A DNA stretch of 64,000 nt from an uncultured bacterium (GTDB lineage Bacteria; Verrucomicrobiota; Verrucomicrobiia; Verrucomicrobiales; DEV007), in NCBI GenBank assembly GCA_963977015.1, contig CAXBMO010000001.1, positions 128,001 to 192,000 of the forward strand, in the 5' to 3' direction. Of this stretch, positions 31,549 to 41,569 are shown one piece after another. Positions within the stretch are counted from its first letter, which is position 1, and each line of letters starts with the position of its first letter. A program made the translations under genes and the position numbers. The notes under the pieces were generated by a model. The model made no database searches and was not told the DNA's origin. It saw only the letters and a program-made list of their open reading frames with translations.

Positions 31549-32828
31549 ACCTGTTCGGTTTCCGGGCTTTGCTGAGCTGCCTTTAGAATGATTTCCGTTC
31601 GGCAACCGCCCTCGGGCCGGTTTTCCAGACTAATCAGTCCCTTGTGAAGCTCGATGATTTTTTTGACCACAGTCAATCCCAAACCAGTTCCCTGGCCGGT
31701 TTCCTTGGTTGTGAAGAAGGGGTCGAAAATCTGGTCGATCTTGTCAGGGGGAATTCCGCATCCACTGTCGTCAATCCGCAAGACAATCACCGGATCCCCC
31801 GTTCTCAGTTGGTCAACTGTCCGTGCGCCGCGATCGCGTTCGTGGGACTCCAACGTCTTGGCGACGGTTGAAATTCCCAGCCTTCCGCCTTCGGGCATCG
31901 CCTGAATCGCGTTCATCAACAGGTTGATCAGAACCTGCTCCATCTTCGCATGATCGATTTTCACCAACGGCAGGTTCGACTCGAAGCTGGAGTCAATCTG
32001 GATGCTCTTTTTCGTGACCTCATGCTTTACCAGCAGGAGTGAATTCTCCGCCAGGGCGTTGATATCTCCGGTTTCAAGGTCGAGTTGGCGGGCTGAGGAA
32101 AAATCGACCAAGCCGCAAATGATGGCATCGGCGCGAACAACGGCATTCTGCATTCGGCCAAGAATTTTCGCGAGGTTCGGATCGTTGACGTCGACGCCTT
32201 CCATCAGGTAATCCACGCCGAGTTGGATCATGGCGAGTGGATTCTTGACCTCGTGAGCAACACCTGCAGCAAGCCGGCCGATGGATTCCATTTTTTCGGC
32301 TTGGATCAGCTGAAGCTGCATCGTCTTCAGCTCCTCATTCTTTCGCTCGAGATCCGCGTTGAGCTTGGTCAGCTTTTCGCTACTTGCCTTTCGCTCAATG
32401 GCATACCGAATGGAACGACGCATTGTGGCCGGCTCCATGCCATCCTTCAGCATGTAATCCTGCGCCCCCATACTCACCAAATGGGTTGCCATTTCCTCGT
32501 CGGTCAGGCCGCTCAGAACGATGATGGGCAGTTTCGGCGCGGTCTGGTGAATTTGTTGAAATGTCTCGGGCCCCATGCTGTCAGGCAAAGACAAATCGAG
32601 GAGCACCACGTCGAACCGGTCGGGCTCGGCACTAAGGGCTTCAATCGCACCGGAAAGGGTCGCGTGGGTCTGGATATTGACCACCATGCGATCCGGCTCT
32701 TCGCGAAGCATGTGCTCGGCGAGCCTTGCATCGGCGACGTTGTCCTCAATCAGGAGAATGTTAAGCTCTCCCGGGAGGTCGTCTCGTGCGTTGGTGCCTG
32801 GAGGTGTCGCAGAAACGGCAGAATCCAT
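31545..32828 (-). CDS. Hybrid histidine kinase (REC-HisKA-HATPase)
   Basis: N-terminal receiver (VVLLDLSLPD); H-box GVAHEVKNPL; N-box NLLMNAIQA; G boxes DSGCGI and GTGLGL. Confidence 0.92.
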   Translation of the reverse strand: MDSAVSATPPGTNARDDLPGELNILLIEDNVADARLAEHMLREEPDRMVVNIQTHATLSGAIEALSAEPDRFDVVLLDLSLPDSMGPETFQQIHQTAPKLPIIVLSGLTDEEMATHLVSMGAQDYMLKDGMEPATMRRSIRYAIERKASSEKLTKLNADLERKNEELKTMQLQLIQAEKMESIGRLAAGVAHEVKNPLAMIQLGVDYLMEGVDVNDPNLAKILGRMQNAVVRADAIICGLVDFSSARQLDLETGDINALAENSLLLVKHEVTKKSIQIDSSFESNLPLVKIDHAKMEQVLINLLMNAIQAMPEGGRLGISTVAKTLESHERDRGARTVDQLRTGDPVIVLRIDDSGCGIPPDKIDQIFDPFFTTKETGQGTGLGLTVVKKIIELHKGLISLENRPEGGCRTEIILKAAQQSPETEQV

Positions 32829-32874
32829 GGATGAAAGGGTGCAGAGGGTTTGGCTGGCCGCTTGAGCCGAAAGT

Positions 32875-33312
32875 CTAAGGGGTAGTTGGGAGCCGAACAA
32901 TCGTCAGCCAGAAATCTTCGATGCTCTTGACCACGTCGATAAATTTGTCGAGATCGACAGGCTTGGTGATGTAGCAATTGGCGTTCAGATTGTATGCCTT
33001 GATGATGTCTTCCTCCGCCTGGGAAGTTGTCATGACCACTACCGGAATGCTCTTCAGATCTGCATCCGCTTTGATCTCTTGAAGGACTTCTCTCCCGTCC
33101 TTTTTCGGAAGATTCAGGTCGAGCAGGATCAGGTCCGGTCTGGGGGCATTGCTGAACGGTTCTTCTTTCCGCAAAAACTGAAGCGTTTCCTCCCCATCGC
33201 GAGCGATATTGAGGTGATTTTGAACTTTGCCCTCTTTGAGAGCTTCTTCCGTTAGCCGGATATCGGCAGCGCTGTCTTCAACCAATAAAATTTCGATGGG
33301 TCTACCGCTCAT
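32875..33312 (-). CDS. Rcp1-like single-domain response regulator
   Basis: [27 protein letters not shown] and the C-terminal FWL motif characteristic of Rcp1-type regulators. Confidence 0.88.
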   Translation of the reverse strand: MSGRPIEILLVEDSAADIRLTEEALKEGKVQNHLNIARDGEETLQFLRKEEPFSNAPRPDLILLDLNLPKKDGREVLQEIKADADLKSIPVVVMTTSQAEEDIIKAYNLNANCYITKPVDLDKFIDVVKSIEDFWLTIVRLPTTP

Positions 33313-33450
33313 AAGAATCAGAGAAAGATAAGGAACAGATCAACTGGAAGCGAATTGTACAACGGAACCGAAGCGGGTGCGAGGGAAATCCTCGATTAAG
33401 GGCGTAAAACCTCAGGAGCGAGAGTTACGGCTGCAAATTTTATCAGATTC

Positions 33451-33471
33451 TTTGATCAATTGTTGATCAAA
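33451..33471. promoter_or_regulatory. Palindromic operator candidate
   Basis: Perfect 9-3-9 inverted repeat TTTGATCAA-TTG-TTGATCAAA in a divergent promoter region. Confidence 0.45.
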
Positions 33472-33607
33472 GTGGGAATCGTGGTTTATCCTTTGGCGCT
33501 TTGCAGGCGCAGAGCCCGGTTTCGGGCCTGCTCCCTCCCCCCTTTTAAAGCCTCCATAAATTTCATTTCCCTTCTTGGGGAAATGACAACCGCTTGCAAT
33601 AGACGAA

Positions 33608-35047
33608 ATGAGTTCCGTAGTTAGGTTACTAGTAGTTGAGGATGACCCTCAACTTGCGGATTCGGTCTCCGATCTTCTCCAGACCGAGGGTTTTCAGACA
33701 ACCGTGGCGAGGGATGGGACGAAAGGGCTCACCGCAGCGCTGGAGGACGATTTTGATGCCGTCATTACCGATTTCAGGCTACCGGGAACGGGGGGAATGG
33801 AGTTGCTCGAAAAGCTTCATGAATCCAAACCCAGGCTTCCGGTCATCATGATGACGGCCTACACGACCACGGATCTTGCAATCGAAGCAACTCGACACGG
33901 CGCGTTCGATTATCTGATCAAGCCGTTCCGCCTGGGGGACCTCGTTTCAGTTGCCAAGCGGGCCATTCAAACCGCGCGGATCAATGGAAAGCCCGTTGAA
34001 ATACCAGGGGATCCCCCCACCGAAGACGAACGCGAAAGCATCATTGGGACGAGCCCGAGCATGCAGAATGTCTACAAGGAAATGGGACGGGTCGCAGACA
34101 AGAATGTTACGGTGTTGATTCAAGGGGAAACGGGAACCGGGAAGGAGTTGATTGCCCGCGCGATTTACAGCCACAGCAAGCGTGCCGGACAGCCGTTTAT
34201 AGCGGTGAACTGTGCTGCGATTCCGGAGACGCTCCTGGAAAGCGAACTCTTTGGCCATGAAAAAGGCGCCTTTACGGGGGCAGACGCGAGACGGATCGGT
34301 CGCTTTGAGCAGGCCAACGAAGGCACGCTGTTTCTTGATGAAATCGGGGATATGCCGATCAATACGCAGGTGAAGATTTTGCGTGTTCTCCAGGAGCGCG
34401 TCATCAATCGGGTCGGTGGCCGTGAAGAGATTCCCGTTGATGTGCGAATTGTAACCGCGACCAATTGCAATCTCGAAGCGGCGGTTCAAGCCAACGAATT
34501 CCGGCAGGATCTCTACTATCGACTCAACGCAGCGATTTTGACCGTTCCTCCGCTGCGCGAGCGGGGAGATGACATCAAGGCGTTGGCCGGTTATTTCCTG
34601 GAACGCTACAGTCGCGAATACGAAATTGAGACTCCGCCGGTGGAAGACCAGGCGATGGAGCTGCTGATGGACTATGAATGGCCGGGAAATGTCCGCGAAT
34701 TGGAAAATGTGATTCGGAAAGCGCTTCTCAAGTGTCGCGGTTATCCTATCGCGCGGGCTGATGTTGAATCCTTGCTTGGATCGTCAGCCGTTCCAACTCT
34801 CGGGGGCGGTCAGGAGCATCCTTTTTCCCAGAAAGTGACCGATATTCTCAAGCAGGCCAAGAATGGAGACATTTCCGGAGCCTACGGTGTCTTGCTGCAA
34901 GACTTTGAGCGTGAGGTCTTTTCACAGGCGATTCGGCTGGCCCATGGTCACCAGACCAATGCTGCAAAATGGCTTGGGATTTCCCGGATTACCTTGCGGG
35001 ACAAGCTCGACAAGTACGAGTTGTTTCCAAAGAGGACATCCGGTTAA
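33608..35047 (+). CDS. Sigma54-dependent NtrC-family response regulator
   Basis: Receiver + AAA+ (GETGTGKE, ESELFGHEKGAFTGA, FLDEIG) + Fis HTH. Confidence 0.95.
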   Translation: MSSVVRLLVVEDDPQLADSVSDLLQTEGFQTTVARDGTKGLTAALEDDFDAVITDFRLPGTGGMELLEKLHESKPRLPVIMMTAYTTTDLAIEATRHGAFDYLIKPFRLGDLVSVAKRAIQTARINGKPVEIPGDPPTEDERESIIGTSPSMQNVYKEMGRVADKNVTVLIQGETGTGKELIARAIYSHSKRAGQPFIAVNCAAIPETLLESELFGHEKGAFTGADARRIGRFEQANEGTLFLDEIGDMPINTQVKILRVLQERVINRVGGREEIPVDVRIVTATNCNLEAAVQANEFRQDLYYRLNAAILTVPPLRERGDDIKALAGYFLERYSREYEIETPPVEDQAMELLMDYEWPGNVRELENVIRKALLKCRGYPIARADVESLLGSSAVPTLGGGQEHPFSQKVTDILKQAKNGDISGAYGVLLQDFEREVFSQAIRLAHGHQTNAAKWLGISRITLRDKLDKYELFPKRTSG

Positions 35048-35053
35048 TCGGGA

Positions 35054-35536
35054 TCAGCCGGCGGCCAGCAATGCGTCGTCGAGAATCTGCAGGGTGAATT
35101 CGGCGATCCCAAATTCAGTTGATGCGCGGGGACCGGCAACGTTCAACGTGTGAACGGTGTGCTCGATCAGAAACCGGCGCAGCGCCATCGCCGGATCCTT
35201 GGTCGCGGACCGGGATAAGTGAATCCAGGGTTTGCGAAGTTGTTCGGCAAACTCACGGGTCAGCGCAGAGCCTCCGGTCAGTTCGGGGGCAAGCCCGAAG
35301 ATCACCGTTCCGTCAGAATCCTGGACGTTGAGCCGGGTTCGTATGTGATAACGGCTTTCGGCGGTTTCCGTCAGATCATATTGCGCTGAAATGGGGCCAT
35401 CTTCCGCTCGTCTGCCCTGCGGACACCATCCACCATGCGGGAGGGCATTTGCGATCGCCCAATCCAAGCCCGCACGATCGGCTCCCGTTTGGCCGCCGGA
35501 GACGATTTTTTCAAGGGGAAGAGCGGAGTCGATCAC
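35054..35536 (-). CDS. SLOG-family protein (cpYpsA / putative molybdenum carrier)
   Basis: [49 protein letters not shown]. Confidence 0.85.
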   Translation of the reverse strand: MIDSALPLEKIVSGGQTGADRAGLDWAIANALPHGGWCPQGRRAEDGPISAQYDLTETAESRYHIRTRLNVQDSDGTVIFGLAPELTGGSALTREFAEQLRKPWIHLSRSATKDPAMALRRFLIEHTVHTLNVAGPRASTEFGIAEFTLQILDDALLAAG

Positions 35537-36465
35537 GGATTTATATCGAGGAGCTCAACATCGAAGATCAGCGTGGCATAACCTGGAATCTTGGGCGGCG
35601 AACCGGTCTCGCGGTAGCCCAGGTCGTAAGGAATGAAGAGGCGATATTTCGAACCGACGTTCATGAGTTGCAGCCCTTCCGTCCAACCGGCGATCACACC
35701 ATTGAGGCCGAACGTGATTGGTTCCCCTCGTTGAACGGAACTGTCAAAGACGGTCTCGTCGATCAACATCCCCGTGTAGTGGACTTTGACCCGGTCTGTC
35801 GCCTTGGGTTTCGCGCCGTTGCCTTCCTTCAAGACTTTGTATTGGAGTCCTGATGACGTCCAGAAAACGCCCTCCTCCTCGCCGTTATCGAGCAGGAACT
35901 GCGCGTTCTTTTTCTTGTAGGGGCTTCCCGATTTCGCCGCCTTCGAAATCTTCGCGAACCCCTTTTTCTTGCCGACGAATCGGCTGATCTCCTGAAAGGA
36001 CTTTGCAATGGCAGCTTCATCGGCCAACGGAGTCTGCTGTTCTTGGACCGCCTGAATCGCCTTGCTGAATTGCTCGGCATCAAGCCTGACGCCATTGGCA
36101 ACGAGATTTTGAGCAAAGGTCGTTCCGTAGGCGATGCTCGCTTTTTCTTTGAGTCCATCCGGCAAATCTGCGGGCGCTTCGTTGAGAAAATCGCGAAGTT
36201 CTTGAAAGGTCGATTCAATCGCTTTGGCGTCTGCTATCGGCGGTTTCCCGTCCAAGACGGCTTGGAACGCTTCTTCGAGTTTTCCTGGGATGAGGGTGAT
36301 TTCATCGCCGGCGAGCTGATTGGCAAGATGAGTTCCATAGGCGACGCTGGCGCGTTCCATCATGGCCTGATCTTCCTCGCTCAGCTCGGATTCGGAATCG
36401 GGAGCGGCATACGCTGCGGCGAGACCAATCAGGCACACTATAAGAGGTCGGACCAAGGGCTGCAT
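35533..36465 (-). CDS. FKBP-type peptidyl-prolyl isomerase (FkpA/Mip-like) with a duplicated N-terminal domain
   Basis: Signal peptide; [36 protein letters not shown]. Confidence 0.92.
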   Translation of the reverse strand: MQPLVRPLIVCLIGLAAAYAAPDSESELSEEDQAMMERASVAYGTHLANQLAGDEITLIPGKLEEAFQAVLDGKPPIADAKAIESTFQELRDFLNEAPADLPDGLKEKASIAYGTTFAQNLVANGVRLDAEQFSKAIQAVQEQQTPLADEAAIAKSFQEISRFVGKKKGFAKISKAAKSGSPYKKKNAQFLLDNGEEEGVFWTSSGLQYKVLKEGNGAKPKATDRVKVHYTGMLIDETVFDSSVQRGEPITFGLNGVIAGWTEGLQLMNVGSKYRLFIPYDLGYRETGSPPKIPGYATLIFDVELLDINP

Positions 36466-36540
36466 GAGGCGAATTTGAACCCAGAGCAACGGTGGTCAAG
36501 AGAGAATCGAGCGACGAATTTTCTAACAACCCGCTTGTTT

Positions 36541-36557
36541 ATGCAATTAAATTGCAT
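36541..36557. promoter_or_regulatory. Fur/Zur-family-like operator
   Basis: Perfect 8-1-8 palindrome ATGCAATT-A-AATTGCAT ending 11 nt before the Zn-binding protein start. Confidence 0.6.
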
Positions 36558-36568
36558 GAGTCTGAAAA

Positions 36569-37498
36569 ATGCAATTTCACAAACTCTTACTCCTTGGAAG
36601 TGTTGGTTGGTTGAGCATGGCAGGGCTCTCGGCCGAACCCCTTAAAGTTGCTGTTAGTGTTCTCCCGCAAGCCGGTTTTGTGGAACGGGTGGGAGGATCA
36701 CACGTCGAGGTGATCGTTCTAGTGGATGAAGGGAAAGACCCGCACTCTTTCTCACCCACTCCCAAACGCGTGACCTCGATTACTGAAGCTGACATTTGGT
36801 TCACGAGCGGAATGCCGTTTGAAGATCCACTCTTGAAGAAAATGAAGCAGCGCAAGGATGGGCCCCTGATTGTCTCCATGAATCAAGGCATCGACTTGGC
36901 TCCATCGGCCGATTGCGAACATCATCACCATGATCACGAGCATGAGCATGAAGAACATGCCGAGAATGAAGGGGAAGAGGAGCATCATGCTCACGACCAT
37001 CATGATCACGGCGAATTCGATCCTCACAGTTGGCTGTCGCCCGCGCTCATTCCTGTTCAACTGGTAACGATCGCAAGTGAACTCGGTAAGCTCGATCCCG
37101 AACATGCGGACGAATTTGAGGCCAACGCATCGGCCTTCGCAGATGAGGTGTTCGATCTCGACGAGCGACTGGTCGCCGACCTTGCACCTCTCAAAGGCTC
37201 CACCTTCTACGTGTTTCACGCGGCGTTTGGATATTTTTCCGGCGCCTATGGTCTCACTCAGGAGGCGATTGAAACCGGCGGTCGCGAACCATCAGCCAAG
37301 CATCTGACCAAGCTGATCGATGATGCCCGCAAAGACGGCGTGAAGTTGATTTTCGTGCAGCCTCAGTTCAGCGATGCCAGTGCCCGCAAAATCGCCGAGC
37401 AGATTGGCGCGACGGTTCTTTCCGTTGATCCGTTGGACAAGGATGTGCTGGGAACGCTGCGTTCGATCGCAGATGCTGTGAAAGCTTCGCGAGGCTAA
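36569..37498 (+). CDS. znuA: Zn/Mn ABC transporter substrate-binding protein (ZnuA family)
   Basis: DPHSFSPTP, His/Glu-rich loop, DPHSWLSP, VFHAAFGYF. Confidence 0.88.
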   Translation: MQFHKLLLLGSVGWLSMAGLSAEPLKVAVSVLPQAGFVERVGGSHVEVIVLVDEGKDPHSFSPTPKRVTSITEADIWFTSGMPFEDPLLKKMKQRKDGPLIVSMNQGIDLAPSADCEHHHHDHEHEHEEHAENEGEEEHHAHDHHDHGEFDPHSWLSPALIPVQLVTIASELGKLDPEHADEFEANASAFADEVFDLDERLVADLAPLKGSTFYVFHAAFGYFSGAYGLTQEAIETGGREPSAKHLTKLIDDARKDGVKLIFVQPQFSDASARKIAEQIGATVLSVDPLDKDVLGTLRSIADAVKASRG

Positions 37499-37620
37499 GC
37501 CAAAGCTCGAGGTTAGGCGATTGGGCGAGTGGATTCCCTGAATCCAAGGCGTCTTCAAGGTTGACAGAGGTGCTGAGCAATCCATCTTCACGCCAAACGC
37601 CCCGTCACCCAAAATACTAG

Positions 37621-38637
<1,017 letters not shown>

Positions 38638-38677
38638 AGTCTGGGAAGTCGATCACCTTTTCGATTCTCTTTTGTAT

Positions 38678-38711
38678 GGCGGGGCGACCTTGAAAAGTCG
38701 CCCCGTCTTTT
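38678..38711 (+). terminator. Terminator-like hairpin between gap and pgk
   Basis: GGCGGGGCGAC-loop-GTCGCCCCGTC followed by TTTT. Confidence 0.65.
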
Positions 38712-38730
38712 ACGCTCAAATCCAAGTTCC

Positions 38731-39939
38731 ATGCCCAAGAAATCCGTTTCAGATGTTGTCGTGAAAGGCCGCCGCGTTCTCGTGCGCGTCGATTTCAATG
38801 TCCCGCAAGATGATGCTGGTGAGATCACCGATGACACCAGAATTCAAGCTGCCCTGCCGACGATTAATCACCTGGTGCGAAACGGTGCCAAAGTGATCCT
38901 CATGTCTCACCTGGGACGTCCGAAAGGAGAGCGCAAACCGGAATTTTCCCTGGCTCCCGTCGCCAAGCGCTTGGGCGAACTGACCGATGCGCAGGTTCAC
39001 TTTGCGGATGATTGCGTTGGCGAAACCGCGACTGCGGCCGTGAACCATTGTGGTTACGGTGAAGTGGTTCTGTTGGAGAATGTGCGTTTTTACAAGGAGG
39101 AAACGGACAATGATCCGGAGTTCGCCAAGAAGCTGGCCGAACACGGGGATGTTTTTGTGAATGATGCTTTTGGAACCGCACATCGCGCACATTCTTCGAC
39201 CGCTGGAGTTGCCAGCTACGTCGATGAAGCCGTGGCTGGTTTTCTCATTCAGAAAGAGCTGAAGTTCCTGGTCGAGGAATTGGAAAGCCCGAAAAAGCCA
39301 TTCGTGGTGGTGATGGGCGGCGCGAAGGTCTCCGACAAAATCGCGATTTTGGAGAGACTAATGGAGAAGGCCGATTCCTTCATCATTGGCGGTGCGATGG
39401 CCAATACCTTCCGGTTTGCGCAGGGGTATGATATTGGCAAGAGCTTTGCTCAGCGCGATGATGAAGCTGTCGCGCTGGCCAAAGGCATCCTCAAAACTGC
39501 CGAAGAGAAGAATATTCCATTTCTCCTTCCTGCCGATACCCGGCACACGGAAAAATTTGAAGATGATGCCCCTACAGAGTGCACCGCACTTTGGGCAGAA
39601 GGCGGTTCAGTCCCTGCGGACCGTGAGGGGATCGACATTGGAGACAAGGCGATTGAGGAGTTCTCCGCAGAGCTTTCCAAAGCCGGAACCATCATCTGGA
39701 ACGGCCCCATGGGCGTATTCGAAAAGCGTGGCTTCGACATTGGAACCAAGGCCGTTGGTGCGGCTATCGCAGCCAATGACAACGCGCTCAAGATCGTCGG
39801 TGGTGGAGACTCTGTTACCGCCGCAAACCAATTTGGATTTGGCGAGAAAATGGATCACATGTCGACAGGTGGTGGCGCCAGTCTGGAATTGTTGGAAGGC
39901 AAGGAATTGCCGGGAATCGCGGTTTTGGACGACGCCTGA
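38731..39939 (+). CDS. pgk: Phosphoglycerate kinase
   Basis: RVDFNVP, SHLGRP, NDAFGTAHRAHSS, STGGGASLELLEG. Confidence 0.98.
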   Translation: MPKKSVSDVVVKGRRVLVRVDFNVPQDDAGEITDDTRIQAALPTINHLVRNGAKVILMSHLGRPKGERKPEFSLAPVAKRLGELTDAQVHFADDCVGETATAAVNHCGYGEVVLLENVRFYKEETDNDPEFAKKLAEHGDVFVNDAFGTAHRAHSSTAGVASYVDEAVAGFLIQKELKFLVEELESPKKPFVVVMGGAKVSDKIAILERLMEKADSFIIGGAMANTFRFAQGYDIGKSFAQRDDEAVALAKGILKTAEEKNIPFLLPADTRHTEKFEDDAPTECTALWAEGGSVPADREGIDIGDKAIEEFSAELSKAGTIIWNGPMGVFEKRGFDIGTKAVGAAIAANDNALKIVGGGDSVTAANQFGFGEKMDHMSTGGGASLELLEGKELPGIAVLDDA

Positions 39940-39959
39940 AAGTTTGGCCGTTTGCGACC

Positions 39960-40748
39960 TCAAACCGCGGGAAAGAAGTGATTGAGCGCCTCTGCGACTC
40001 CTTCGCCGTATTCCGCACCCGCCACGTAGCCCCCGGATAAGCGAACGGTCTCCTTGACCGTTTCGATGGAGTTTGCGGGACAGGCAAGGTGAGCGGCGAC
40101 CTCAGGATCGAGTTTTGGCAGATCGTTGTAGTTGTCGCCAGCTGCGAAAATGCAATCGGCTTCGACGCTGAGGTGTCGACCCAATTCGGCGAGGGAAGTT
40201 CCCTTGTTGAAGTCGCGGTGGGCGAACCGCAAATAGATGGTGTTTCGCTCGTAGTGAATGGATGAGTCGGGATCGGCTTCCCGGTGTGTCTCGATCACCT
40301 CGCAAATTCCGTCCATTTCGGCTTCGGTTGAGGCGATGATTTCATGCGGCGCGTGAGCCTTCTCGATGAATGTGGCAGAGGTCTGGTCCTCGACAAATTT
40401 CTGGATCAATTCGAAGAATTCCGGGGCATGATAAACCATTTCGCGGCAGGCAAAGGCGCGCCTCATGTTCCAGTCGTTCACATCAACCCACTCATCGCCA
40501 TGGGGTTCCAAGAGACAGGTTTCCTCAACAATCAGGTAATCTGGCGGAAACGGGATTCCACACCATTGCAGGCCCTCCTCGGTGTATTCCAGGGTTCGAC
40601 CTGTGTTGACGACCCAAACGGCTCCTTGCCCGCGGAGACGCGTCAATGCGTTGACCAAGGCCTTGTGGACGGGAGGGCTGCCGATCGGATCGACGGTGGT
40701 TCCGTCAAAATCGAGGCTGAGGATGAGGGAAGGGGAGTGATTGGCCAT
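39960..40748 (-). CDS. HAD-superfamily (IIB/Cof-like) hydrolase
   Basis: LDFDGT, NTGR, NKG, AAGDNYNDL motifs. Confidence 0.85.
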   Translation of the reverse strand: MANHSPSLILSLDFDGTTVDPIGSPPVHKALVNALTRLRGQGAVWVVNTGRTLEYTEEGLQWCGIPFPPDYLIVEETCLLEPHGDEWVDVNDWNMRRAFACREMVYHAPEFFELIQKFVEDQTSATFIEKAHAPHEIIASTEAEMDGICEVIETHREADPDSSIHYERNTIYLRFAHRDFNKGTSLAELGRHLSVEADCIFAAGDNYNDLPKLDPEVAAHLACPANSIETVKETVRLSGGYVAGAEYGEGVAEALNHFFPAV

Positions 40749-40806
40749 GTGTTGTCGCCTTGCTGATTCGCTTTGAAAAGTGTCAGGAGCCGATGATACT
40801 GCGAAT

Positions 40807-41088
40807 ATGAAATCGGCTTACGAACTCGCAATGGAACGTCTCGAAAAAGAGGCGCCCGTAAAGGCTCTGACAGAAGAACAGAAAGAGGAAATCTCAAAGG
40901 TGGAAAATCGCTTCAAAGCGAAGATCGCGGAGAAAGAAGTGTTTCTTCAGGGATTGATTGAGCAAGCGGAAGCTCAGCAAAACCTCGAAGAACTCCTGGC
41001 TCTGAAACAGCAGTTGGCTTCGGAAGTCAACCGCATCAACGCTGACATGGAAGAGGCGAAGGAAAAGATCCGAAAGCGCGAATCCTGA
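40807..41088 (+). CDS. Conserved-looking small coiled-coil hypothetical protein
   Basis: MKSAYELAMERL start; charged helical composition. Confidence 0.75.
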   Translation: MKSAYELAMERLEKEAPVKALTEEQKEEISKVENRFKAKIAEKEVFLQGLIEQAEAQQNLEELLALKQQLASEVNRINADMEEAKEKIRKRES

Positions 41089-41129
41089 TCCGGTTTTGGA
41101 TCGTCGCGAAGAATCTTCGCGAAAAATAG

Positions 41130-41169
41130 AATCCCCAATCCGCTGACAATCAACGGGTTAGGGATTTTT
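41130..41169 (+). terminator. Probable terminator of the 40807 gene
   Basis: AATCCCCAATCCG-loop-CGGGTTAGGGATT followed by TTT. Confidence 0.5.
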
Positions 41170-41190
41170 GGAATTTTTCTTACAAAACAT

Positions 41191-41218
41191 TAAACAAACT
41201 CTCAGATCTGCATCGCTT
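41191..41218 (+). promoter_or_regulatory. Bipartite promoter-like motif of ncRNA copy 1
   Basis: TAAACAAA-N14-TCGCTT, with identical boxes and spacing upstream of copy 2 although the spacer sequences differ. Confidence 0.6.
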
Positions 41219-41227
41219 TATTAATAG

Positions 41228-41377
41228 AACGGCGAGAGATCGCCTAAGAATTTCCCCGAGGAACACCGAAACGGACGCTAAATCCCTTCAGTGAATATCG
41301 GGTTCTTCAAAAAAGTGTTGAATTGTGCGCGTGGCTTACGGGCGTGCCTCTCCCCAGAGGCGCGCCCGTTTCCTTTT
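41228..41377 (+). ncRNA. Putative small RNA, sibling copy 1 (5' end approximate)
   Basis: Intergenic; near-identical to the reverse complement of 58397-58526; 5' hairpins, an A/U/G-rich single-stranded segment, and terminator ACGGGCGTGCCTCT-CCCC-AGAGGCGCGCCCGT-TTCCTTTT. Confidence 0.7.
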
Positions 41378-41569
41378 GCATCTAGGTAGGAAGATTGCCC
41401 GCCGCGTGGATCGCTCGAACAAGACCGGAGCGGTGCAGTAATTACGCGTGCAGTGCAGGAAGAACGCAGTAGGAAGCCAAAGATTCCGCGGTTACTCTTC
41501 CTTCGGCGAAGCCGCACTCTTTACCTGATCCTCGTCAAATTCATTGGCGACAGGTTCACTTGAAATGCA

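Noticed and set aside
33451-33471. FNR/CRP box
   Set aside because: Spacing does not fit TTGAT-N4-ATCAA; kept only as an unassigned dyad.
36919-37010. CAT/CAC/GAG low-complexity repeat
   Set aside because: It encodes the normal His/Glu-rich loop of ZnuA.
41249-41377. The repeat as a MITE/IS end, CRISPR repeat, tRNA, 6S or SRP RNA
   Set aside because: No terminal inverted repeats, target duplication, spacers or cloverleaf; no SRP domain-IV motif or 6S-length closed rod.
41291-41389. GTG-initiated peptide MNIGFFKKVLNCARGLRACLSPEAR... readable in both repeat copies
   Set aside because: It runs through the terminator hairpin, the copies end differently, there is no clear RBS and no synonymous-change pattern; an RNA function is more parsimonious, though a dual function is not excluded.
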